From contig CAYFVK010000002.1 of NCBI GenBank assembly GCA_964346695.1, positions 22,321-86,320 on the forward strand: a DNA stretch of 64,000 nucleotides, written 5' to 3'. The first letter of the stretch is position 1; the number at the start of each line of letters is the position of its first letter. The notes beneath the pieces were generated by a model. It ran no database searches. It had not been told where the DNA came from and saw nothing but the letters and a program-made list of their open reading frames with translations. Positions 47,622-55,491 of the stretch are shown in pieces. The position numbers and the translations under genes were made by a program. The DNA comes from an uncultured Mageeibacillus sp. Its GTDB lineage: Bacteria > Bacillota > Clostridia > Saccharofermentanales > DTU023.

Positions 47622-49544
47622 TCAGGTCATACGAAAAACACGCAGAGCGTTAAAAACGGCCAGTATTGTCACGCCGACGTCTCCGAACACGGCCAGCCAT
47701 AAATCGGCAAAGCCGAAACTTGCCAAAATCAGAATCGCGATTTTGACAAAGAGTGACAGTACAATATTCTGTTTGGCTATTGCCAGTGTCTTTTTGCTGA
47801 TTTTGATGGCTTCGATGATGCCGGAAAGCTGATCGTTCAGCAAAACAATATCCGCTGATTCAATAGCGGCGTCGGATCCCAAGCCGCCCATGGCGATTCC
47901 CACATCAGCCAGAGCCAAGGCCGGTGCGTCATTCACGCCGTCGCCGACAAAAGCGATCAGCTGATTTTCATTTTCTTTTTCGGACAGCAGTTTTTCCAGC
48001 TGTTCAAACTTTTGATCCGGAAGCAAGCCGGATAGATATTGATTGATTCCCAGCTGTTCGGCGGTTCCCGCAGCGATCGCTTCCCTGTCGCCGGTCAGCA
48101 TGATCTGTTCTGAAATTCCCATTTCGCGCAGAATCTGAAGGCTTTTTACAGCATCGTCTTTGAGCTTGTCGGCGATCAGAAGATAACCTGAATACTGCTC
48201 CTCTTCAGCGATGTAAATGATGGTTCCGTTTGCCTTGATCTCCGGACAGGCAATTTGATATTGCGCGAGCAGCTTCCTGTTGCCGGCTAAAATTCGCTTG
48301 CCGTCCAGCAGAATTTTCATGCCTTTGCCGGGAATTTCTTCCGCCTGCCCGATCAAATCGGGATTCAACTCCTGATCGTATTCCTTGATCACGCTTTTGG
48401 CGATCGGGTGATTCGAATAGAATTCGGCGTACGCGGCTTTCTTGAGCAGATCTTCTTTATTGCCATTCAGGGCGATGATATCCTGAACGCTGAACTTGCC
48501 GCGGGTTAAAGTACCGGTTTTGTCAAAAATAATGGTCTTGACGTTGGCAAGATATTCCAAATAATTGCTTCCCTTGACCAGAACCCCTTTTTTGGAAGAA
48601 ACACCGATTCCGCAAAAATAAACCAGAGGAATCGATACAACCAAAGCGCAGGGGCAGGAGACAACCAAAAAAATCAAGGCTTTATTCAGCCAGAAGGCAA
48701 AATCCTGACCTAAAAAGAGAACCGGTATCAGCACCAAGGCCAAAGCTGAAAGCACAACGACAGGTGTATAGTAACGGGCGAATTTGGTTGAAAAGACTTC
48801 CAGATCAGCCTTTTTATCAGTTGCGTTTTCAACCAGATCCAGAATACGCGAGACCGTCGAATCCTCAAATTCTTTGCTGACTTCGACGATCAGCCTGCCC
48901 GAACCGTTGACCGATCCGCTGATCACGGGATCTCCCTTCTCAACATAAACCGGCATGGATTCACCGGTTAGAGCGGCGGTGTCAAGAGTGGAGCTGCCCT
49001 CGATTACCACGCCGTCAAGCGGAATTTTTTCACCGGCTAAAATGATAATCTGATCATGAATCTTGATTTCGTAAGGATCAACCTGTACCAATTTTCCGTT
49101 TTCTAAAATATTGGCGTAATCAGGCGCGATTTGCATCAGATCGGCAATAGATTTTCGCGACTGATTGACGGCATAAGACTGAAAAAATTCGCCGACCTGA
49201 TAGAACAGCATGACCGCCACCGCCTCCGTATATTCCCCGATCAAAAAGGCGCCGATTGTAGCGATACTCATCAGAAAATTCTCATTGAAAATCAATCCGT
49301 GAACGAGATCATGCAGCGCGTTTTTCAAAACATCCCGGCCGATATAGAGATATGTCAGAAAAAAGCCGATCAGCAGGAGCAAGTTCTCAGTATAAAGCGG
49401 ATCACGCAAATTAAAGATTGTCAGATTATGCTCCGGGTCAATCCGCAGCAGGAAACGGAGCACAAGCAAACAGGTCGCGGCAGAAAAAGTGACCGCGATG
49501 CGCCGCAATACAGCCTTATCATTTGGGGAAAAGCGTGCGAACAT
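47622..49544 (-). CDS. Heavy-metal-translocating P1B-type ATPase core (Cd/Zn/Co-type), lacking its own HMA domain
   Basis: The TM6 motif is SCPCALVVSIP. Other motifs are DKTGTLT, GDGVNDAPALALADVGIAMG and TGES. The ATG lies 3 codons after an in-frame TGA that ends the HMA ORF. Confidence 0.9.
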   Translation of the reverse strand: MFARFSPNDKAVLRRIAVTFSAATCLLVLRFLLRIDPEHNLTIFNLRDPLYTENLLLLIGFFLTYLYIGRDVLKNALHDLVHGLIFNENFLMSIATIGAFLIGEYTEAVAVMLFYQVGEFFQSYAVNQSRKSIADLMQIAPDYANILENGKLVQVDPYEIKIHDQIIILAGEKIPLDGVVIEGSSTLDTAALTGESMPVYVEKGDPVISGSVNGSGRLIVEVSKEFEDSTVSRILDLVENATDKKADLEVFSTKFARYYTPVVVLSALALVLIPVLFLGQDFAFWLNKALIFLVVSCPCALVVSIPLVYFCGIGVSSKKGVLVKGSNYLEYLANVKTIIFDKTGTLTRGKFSVQDIIALNGNKEDLLKKAAYAEFYSNHPIAKSVIKEYDQELNPDLIGQAEEIPGKGMKILLDGKRILAGNRKLLAQYQIACPEIKANGTIIYIAEEEQYSGYLLIADKLKDDAVKSLQILREMGISEQIMLTGDREAIAAGTAEQLGINQYLSGLLPDQKFEQLEKLLSEKENENQLIAFVGDGVNDAPALALADVGIAMGGLGSDAAIESADIVLLNDQLSGIIEAIKISKKTLAIAKQNIVLSLFVKIAILILASFGFADLWLAVFGDVGVTILAVFNALRVFRMT

Positions 49545-49553
49545 ATGCTTATG

Positions 49554-49775
49554 TCATCTCACTATGATTTTAAGATCCGGCTCATATTTATTCGCGATCT
49601 TTTGCGACTGCTCTAAAATTTCATGCCATTGGTCCTCTTCCGCGTCCAGAATCAGTTTCGACATCATGAAATTAATGCTTGCTTTATGCACGCCCGGAAG
49701 TTTATTCATTTCTCTTTCGATCTTCGCCGCGCAATTGGCGCAACCCAGATTTTCCAATTTAAATGATTTTTTCAT
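49554..49775 (-). CDS. Heavy-metal-associated (HMA) domain protein, in frame with the downstream ATPase
   Basis: MKKSFKLENLGCANCAAKIEREMNKLPGVHKASINF contains a CxxC metal-binding loop. ATG 49775 follows an AAGGAG RBS. The ORF-track start at 49823 is probably too long. Confidence 0.8.
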   Translation of the reverse strand: MKKSFKLENLGCANCAAKIEREMNKLPGVHKASINFMMSKLILDAEEDQWHEILEQSQKIANKYEPDLKIIVR

Positions 49776-49810
49776 AAAAAGCTCCTTTGCGTCCTTCTTG
49801 TTTGTTTCAT

Positions 49811-49844
49811 AACAATCAAACAATCAAACAATCATTTGATTATT
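49811..49844 (-). promoter_or_regulatory. Tandem 8-mers plus an inverted repeat just downstream of a TATAAT, upstream of the HMA/ATPase genes (candidate ArsR-family operator)
   Basis: On the plus strand, AACAATCA occurs three times perfectly (49811-49834). The last copy forms a 7/8 inverted repeat, AACAATCA-tt-TGATTATT (49827-49844). On the coding (minus) strand this reads TATACTATAATAATCAAATGATTGTTTGATTGTTTGATTGTT. Confidence 0.4.
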
Positions 49845-50158
49845 ATAGTATAATCCTCTTCTAATAAAAAGTAAATCAATATTCCTTTATCCTTTTATCC
49901 TGTCGAAACTCCGATCCGGAGCATACATAATCATTTTTTCATCTCCGCCAAACCGGATTTTCTCGGGGGATACGGTCAATCGTGAAGTAATGTGGAAAAT
50001 ATCCGAAGAAAAAGCGAAATAACGCTTTGCGCATTGCAGAAAAAGGTTTGATATGTTAGGATTTTTAATCGGACAATAGCGCCAAGATGCTGTATTACTA
50101 TGGTTTTAGTAAAAAATAATTTATAAATAGAAAGCAAGTTTAGCTGGCAGGAGGAAAT

Positions 50159-51616
50159 ATGGCCGCTCAAATCGAACAATTACAAAACAATATGGTAAAA
50201 ATAACCGTTGAGGTTCCGCAAGAAGATTTCAAAAATGCTTTAAATCAGTCTTTTCGGAAGAACGCAAAACGTTTTTCTATTCCGGGTTTCCGCAAAGGAC
50301 ATGCGCCGATGAGAATGGTGACGAATTATTACGGTGAATCTATCTTATATGATGATGCGATAGATATCTCCGTTCAACCGGCTTATGAGAAAGCCCTGGA
50401 AGAATTGAAAATTGATCCTTTTTCCAGACCGCAAATGGAAATTTCTGAAATCGGTTCGGATAAGGGTTTGACCTTTACTTGCACGTTTGCCGTTAAACCG
50501 GAAGTTACCTTGGGCGAATATAAAGGAGTTACCGCTTATAAGCCGCAGACTACGGTCGAGGAAGATGAAATCGAGCGGGAAATTAAACGCGCCAGAGAAC
50601 AATTATCGCGTTTGGTTCCGGTAGAAGATCGACCGGTTGAAGACGGAGATACGGTTACCATCGATTATGAAGGAACTCGTGACGGTGTTCCGTTTGAAGG
50701 CGGAAAAGCCGAAAATTATGACCTCGTGATCGGAAGTCATAGTTTTATTCCCGGTTTTGAAGAAAAATTAATCGGCCATGAAGTCGGTGAGGAATTCTCG
50801 ATTGATCTTACCTTCCCGGAAGAATATCATGCCGAAGAACTTGCCGGTGCCGACGTTGTCTTCGCTATCAAGCTGAAAGATATTAAGGTTCGTGAAGTTC
50901 CTGAACTGGACGAAGACTTTGTTAAAGATGTGACAGAAGACTGCGATACCGTTGAAGAATATAAAGAAAGCATCAAAAAGCGTTTATCTGAGAACAAAGA
51001 GAAGATGGCTGATGAAACGTTCATGAACAATGCGATTAAAGAAGTTGTCAAAAATGCCGAGATGGATTTACCGCATGTTGTGATCCATGAAGAGATGGAA
51101 AATATGTATCAGGATCAGGCGAGACAGATGCAGAGTCAAGGCTTCAGCATGGAGCAATATATGCAAATGTTAGGTCTTGATCAACAAACGATCATGATGC
51201 AGCTGCATGGGCCGGCGGAAGAGAAAATTAAAACCGAATTGGTGCTTGATACGATAATTGAGCAAGAAAATATTGAAGCTACTGATGAGGACAGAGATGA
51301 GCAAATCAAACAGTTCGCCGAATCCTATCAGATGGAATTTGAAGACTTGAAGAAGACATTCGAAGGCGAACATTCACGTGCCATGCTGGATTCCGATATT
51401 AAACGGAAAAAAGCGATGGAGCTGATCAAAGAAAATGCGGTGGCAACCGATGTAAAACCTGAGCCTGAACATGAACATGATCACGATCATGAGCATGATC
51501 ACGACCATGAGGCTGATCACGATCAGGAACATGAGGAAACCGTTGCGGAAGAAAATTCAAAAGAAGAAACAACAGAAATAGAAAATAAGGAAGATTCAGC
51601 AGATTCTGCTGAATAG
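50159..51616 (+). CDS. tig: Trigger factor with a C-terminal His/Asp/Glu-rich extension
   Basis: The N-terminus has GFRKGHAP. A central FKBP-type PPIase region reads DGDTVTIDYEGTRDGVPFEGGKAENYDLVIGSHSFIPGFEE. The last ~50 aa are PEPEHEHDHDHEHDHDHEADHDQEHEE... Confidence 0.9.
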   Translation: MAAQIEQLQNNMVKITVEVPQEDFKNALNQSFRKNAKRFSIPGFRKGHAPMRMVTNYYGESILYDDAIDISVQPAYEKALEELKIDPFSRPQMEISEIGSDKGLTFTCTFAVKPEVTLGEYKGVTAYKPQTTVEEDEIEREIKRAREQLSRLVPVEDRPVEDGDTVTIDYEGTRDGVPFEGGKAENYDLVIGSHSFIPGFEEKLIGHEVGEEFSIDLTFPEEYHAEELAGADVVFAIKLKDIKVREVPELDEDFVKDVTEDCDTVEEYKESIKKRLSENKEKMADETFMNNAIKEVVKNAEMDLPHVVIHEEMENMYQDQARQMQSQGFSMEQYMQMLGLDQQTIMMQLHGPAEEKIKTELVLDTIIEQENIEATDEDRDEQIKQFAESYQMEFEDLKKTFEGEHSRAMLDSDIKRKKAMELIKENAVATDVKPEPEHEHDHDHEHDHDHEADHDQEHEETVAEENSKEETTEIENKEDSADSAE

Positions 51617-51649
51617 TCAATAATAGCTGATAGGAGGGATTTAGTTAGA

Positions 51650-52264
51650 ATGAGAAGAAGATCAGTTAGTAGATTTAGAAATAATTTAGTCCCGATGGTT
51701 ATTGAGCAAACCAATCGCGGTGAACGTTCATATGATATTTTTTCCAGATTATTAAAAGAAAGAATTATCATTCTTTCTAATCAGGTGGATTCCGCTTCCG
51801 CCAGTTTAATCATGGCACAATTGTTATTTTTGGAAGCGGAAGATCCGTCTAAAGATATTCAGTTTTATATCAACAGCCCGGGCGGCGATGTGTCTTCCGG
51901 TTTGATGATCTATGATACGATCCAGTATATTAAACCGGACGTGCAGACAATCTGCATGGGTATGGCGGCAAGTATGGGCGCCGTATTATTGGCGGCCGGC
52001 ACAAAAGGCAAGCGCTTTATTTTGCCGAATGCCGAAGTGATGATCCATCAGCCGTTGGGCGGCGTGCAGGGTCAGGCTGCCGATATTGAAATCACAGCCA
52101 ATCATATCATTAAAATGCGCAAAAGATTGAATGAAATTCTTGCGGAAAGAACCGGTCAGCCGTTTGAAGTGATTGAGAAAGATACGGATCGCGATCGCTG
52201 GCTGGACGCCAAAGAAGCCGTTGAATACGGCATTGTCGATAAAATTATGGAAAAGAGAGGATAA
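51650..52264 (+). CDS. clpP: ATP-dependent Clp protease proteolytic subunit
   Basis: [31 protein letters not shown] (catalytic Ser) and MIHQPLGG (His). There is a short basic N-terminal extension if ATG 51650 is used. Confidence 0.9.
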   Translation: MRRRSVSRFRNNLVPMVIEQTNRGERSYDIFSRLLKERIIILSNQVDSASASLIMAQLLFLEAEDPSKDIQFYINSPGGDVSSGLMIYDTIQYIKPDVQTICMGMAASMGAVLLAAGTKGKRFILPNAEVMIHQPLGGVQGQAADIEITANHIIKMRKRLNEILAERTGQPFEVIEKDTDRDRWLDAKEAVEYGIVDKIMEKRG

Positions 52265-52267
52265 GCC

Positions 52268-53557
52268 ATGGCAAAGCAGGGGGGGAACAAATCAGACTCA
52301 AAGGGTGATAATTTCTCCGGCTTGAGATGTTCTTTTTGCGGAAAAAGCGAGCATGAAGTCAATCGCTTGATAGCAGGCCCCGGAGTTTTTATCTGTAATG
52401 AATGCGTCAGCTTATGCGATGAAATTCTGAGCGAAGAAGTTTTCAGCTATGATGAGGAACAGCATTCAGATCAGGAAGAATATAATTTGCTCAGCCCTGA
52501 TGAAATCAAAAAAGAGCTCGATAAATATGTGATCGGTCAGGAGGCCGCTAAAAAAACGCTGGCTGTATCCGTATATAATCATTATAAAAGAGTGTTCAAT
52601 CCAATGGATATCGATGATGATGTCGAGCTTTCCAAGAGTAATATTTTGCTTTTGGGACCGACCGGCTGCGGCAAAACTCTTTTGGCACAGACATTGGCTA
52701 AAATTCTGGATGTACCGTTTGCGATAACTGACGCGACGGCTCTGACAGAGGCCGGCTATGTCGGCGAAGATGTGGAGAATATTCTTCTGCGCTTAATACA
52801 AAATGCTGATTTTGATATTGAAAGAGCGGAAAAAGGCATTGTTTATATTGATGAAATCGATAAAATTACCAGACGCGCCGATAATCCTTCCATTACCAGA
52901 GATGTCAGCGGCGAGGGGGTTCAGCAGTCCTTGCTGAAAATCCTGGAAAGTACGATTGCCAATGTTCCTCCGCAAGGCGGCAGAAAGCATCCGCATCAGG
53001 AATTTATCCAGATCGACACAACGCATATTCTGTTTATTTTGGGCGGCGCTTTTGAAGGACTGGACAAGACGATCCTGCATCGTATCGATCAAAAATCGAT
53101 CGGGTTCGGCGCCAATATTGAAGACGTTGAAGCCAAAGGCAGAGATAAAATATTAAAGCAGGTGCTGCCGGAAGATTTGTTAAAATTCGGTTTGATTCCG
53201 GAATTTGTCGGACGAGTTCCTGTCATTGTTACACTGGACGCGCTTGATGAGGAAGCTCTGATTCGCATTCTCAAGGAACCGAAAAACGCGCTGATCAAGC
53301 AATACCAAAAATTATTAAAATATGACGGAGCGAGTCTTGAGTTTACCGATGAAGCGATTAAAGCGATTGCCAAAAAGGCAATTGAATTAAAAACCGGCGC
53401 CAGAGGTTTGCGTTCTGTCATGGAATCCATGATGCTTGACATTATGTACGAAGTGCCCTCTGAAGGGAATATTGAAAAAGTGATTATCGATCGGGATACA
53501 GTCCTGAAAGGACATAAGCCGCGTTATGAGAAGCAGCAGGAGGAGCCGATCGCATAG
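52268..53557 (+). CDS. clpX: ATP-dependent Clp protease ATP-binding subunit ClpX
   Basis: Zinc-binding N-terminus CSFCGK...CNEC, Walker [12 protein letters not shown], Walker [10 protein letters not shown], and GFG/IPEFVGR motifs. Confidence 0.95.
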   Translation: MAKQGGNKSDSKGDNFSGLRCSFCGKSEHEVNRLIAGPGVFICNECVSLCDEILSEEVFSYDEEQHSDQEEYNLLSPDEIKKELDKYVIGQEAAKKTLAVSVYNHYKRVFNPMDIDDDVELSKSNILLLGPTGCGKTLLAQTLAKILDVPFAITDATALTEAGYVGEDVENILLRLIQNADFDIERAEKGIVYIDEIDKITRRADNPSITRDVSGEGVQQSLLKILESTIANVPPQGGRKHPHQEFIQIDTTHILFILGGAFEGLDKTILHRIDQKSIGFGANIEDVEAKGRDKILKQVLPEDLLKFGLIPEFVGRVPVIVTLDALDEEALIRILKEPKNALIKQYQKLLKYDGASLEFTDEAIKAIAKKAIELKTGARGLRSVMESMMLDIMYEVPSEGNIEKVIIDRDTVLKGHKPRYEKQQEEPIA

Positions 53558-53587
53558 TGATTACCGAACAATAGCAAATAAAATTTG

Positions 53588-53616
53588 AAAAAGGGAGAAG
53601 CGTTTCTCCCTTTTTC
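53588..53616 (+). terminator. Rho-independent terminator after clpX
   Basis: AAAAA-GGGAGAA-gcgt-TTCTCCC-TTTTT. Confidence 0.85.
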
Positions 53617-53687
53617 TCTGTTTTTCCCAAAAATTGATTCGATAAGCATTTACCTGTTTTTCTATAATGTAAAGAAAAACGGAGCGG

Positions 53688-54539
53688 ATGATGGAATTAA
53701 AAAATTATCAGGTATACGCCTTAAAATCTTTGGGCAGGAATTCATTTCAAGGTTATTTGCAGGAAAACGGGCAAAAAATAGTCTTGAAGCCGGCGGAGCA
53801 TTATGTCGATCAAAAGGTTGTCTGCCTGCTTCATGCTCTGATCATGCCGGGGCTGCCGCATATTATCGGAACGGCTCAATATCAGGATAAACGTTGGATA
53901 ATACAAAACTGGCTGGAGGGAGAATCTCTGTTCGCGAAAGTTCATAGCGGTCCGGAAGTAGAATCCTTTTTAGACCAATTGCTTAGCCTGATCGACCATT
54001 TGGAGAGTATTAGCGGTCTGAACTGGTTTTTTATGGACTTGAAAACGGAGCATTTGCTGCTCAATCCGTATCATCAAATCTGCCTCATCGATTTTGAGCA
54101 TGTTGTCTTATCGACAAAAACATCTGTTCCCTGGCAGGAGCTGGCGCAGATCGGCGTTACCCCGGGATACTGTTCGCCCGCGATCAGATCGGATTTTCTC
54201 ACGAAAAAACATCAGAATTATGCGCTGGCAATGATTGGTCTGAGTTTGCTGTCCGGCAAGCAGGTCAGCGAGCTGGATCAGTCGACCAAAGAAGCTGCGC
54301 TGGCAGAACTTTCTTCCGGCTGGCAGGAAAGGTTTAGAAATGCCATGTTGACGTGCGGTTTTCAAAATGAACCGGATCAAAATCAGCCTGCCCTGGGAGA
54401 TGATTTATCCTTGGAGGCGGAGATTCCCCGGCTCAAAGTGAAGGCCGAACAAATGCGAAAGGGGAAACCGGATTTAATTATTGAAAAAGCCGGAGAGAAG
54501 ATTGAAAATCCTTATACAATCAATATCTATTTGCCTTAA
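53688..54539 (+). CDS. Stand-alone protein-kinase-like protein with degenerate catalytic motifs
   Basis: Collinear kinase subdomains are LGRNSFQG (G-loop-like), IVLKP (VAIK-like), WLEGESL (hinge), FFMDLKTEHLLL (HRDLKPxN-like), LIDFEH (DFG-like) and GVTPGYCSPA (TPxYxAPE-like). ATG 53688 or 53691. Confidence 0.5.
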   Translation: MMELKNYQVYALKSLGRNSFQGYLQENGQKIVLKPAEHYVDQKVVCLLHALIMPGLPHIIGTAQYQDKRWIIQNWLEGESLFAKVHSGPEVESFLDQLLSLIDHLESISGLNWFFMDLKTEHLLLNPYHQICLIDFEHVVLSTKTSVPWQELAQIGVTPGYCSPAIRSDFLTKKHQNYALAMIGLSLLSGKQVSELDQSTKEAALAELSSGWQERFRNAMLTCGFQNEPDQNQPALGDDLSLEAEIPRLKVKAEQMRKGKPDLIIEKAGEKIENPYTINIYLP

Positions 54540-54652
54540 TTAAACGAGTTTGCTGTAATCATTGACTATCGGAATAAGTCCTTTTATAGTGAAAAGCGAT
54601 TATTAATTATTCCGGCTTTGCCGCACGGCGAAAGACCGGAAAAGAGGTCATT

Positions 54653-55429
54653 ATGCATCAAATCATTTTAAAAGATTTAGTTTTTTATTCTCATATCGGA
54701 GTTTTTGATTTTGAAAAAACAGAGGGACAGGAATTCAGATTGGATTTGGTTCTGGAATTCGGATATATCGAAGCGGCGGATCAGGATGATTTGCAAAAAA
54801 CCTGCAATTATGCGGAGATTTATCAATTACTAACAGAATATTTTGCCAAGTCCAGAGTTAATTTGCTGGAGTATGCCTGTTCGGAAATAATCGATCTGCT
54901 CCTTGATTATGATGCTTCCATCGTTTCCGCAGATCTTACCTTGAAGAAGCCCGAAGCACCGATTGAAGGACAGTTCGCCTATATGGCGGTGCGCGAAAAA
55001 CGCAAACGCAATAATCTGGTTTATCTGAGTCTGGGAAGCAATCTGGGCGATTCGGCAGCGATTCTGAAACAGGCGATTGAGCGGATAGAAGTTCTGCCGG
55101 AAGTCAGCCATTTGCGTGCGTCCGAATTTATTCAAACGATGCCGTGGGGGAAAACAGATCAGCCGAATTTCGTCAACGCGGCAGTAGAACTTATTTATCG
55201 GGGCTCGCCGTTCAAGCTGCTCAGACAATGTCAGAAAATCGAATCGGATTTGGGCAGAAAGCGCTTAGTCAAATGGGGACCGCGTTTAATTGATATCGAT
55301 ATTATTTTCTTTGATGATTTGGAAATTAACAGTCCGGAGCTGATCATACCTCATCCTTATTTCAGGGAGAGGGATTTTGTGATGGAACCGATCATGGAAT
55401 TAAAACGCCAATTCCCTTTAAGTAAATAG
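54653..55429 (+). CDS. Bifunctional dihydroneopterin aldolase / 6-hydroxymethyl-dihydropterin pyrophosphokinase (FolB-FolK fusion)
   Basis: The N-terminal half reads LKDLVFYSHIGVFDFEKTEGQEF (FolB). The C-terminal half reads VYLSLGSNLGD...WGPRLIDIDIIFF...IIPHPYFRERDFV (FolK). Confidence 0.85.
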   Translation: MHQIILKDLVFYSHIGVFDFEKTEGQEFRLDLVLEFGYIEAADQDDLQKTCNYAEIYQLLTEYFAKSRVNLLEYACSEIIDLLLDYDASIVSADLTLKKPEAPIEGQFAYMAVREKRKRNNLVYLSLGSNLGDSAAILKQAIERIEVLPEVSHLRASEFIQTMPWGKTDQPNFVNAAVELIYRGSPFKLLRQCQKIESDLGRKRLVKWGPRLIDIDIIFFDDLEINSPELIIPHPYFRERDFVMEPIMELKRQFPLSK

Positions 55430-55491
55430 GATAATTCAGAAAAATATTCTATAATAATTATTTGCGAGAAGATTTGAAAGCGGAGGTTTTT

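Noticed and set aside
53585-53890. 101-aa ORF starting inside the clpX terminator
   Set aside because: It begins within the terminator hairpin and overlaps the better-supported kinase-like ORF in another frame. It is spurious.
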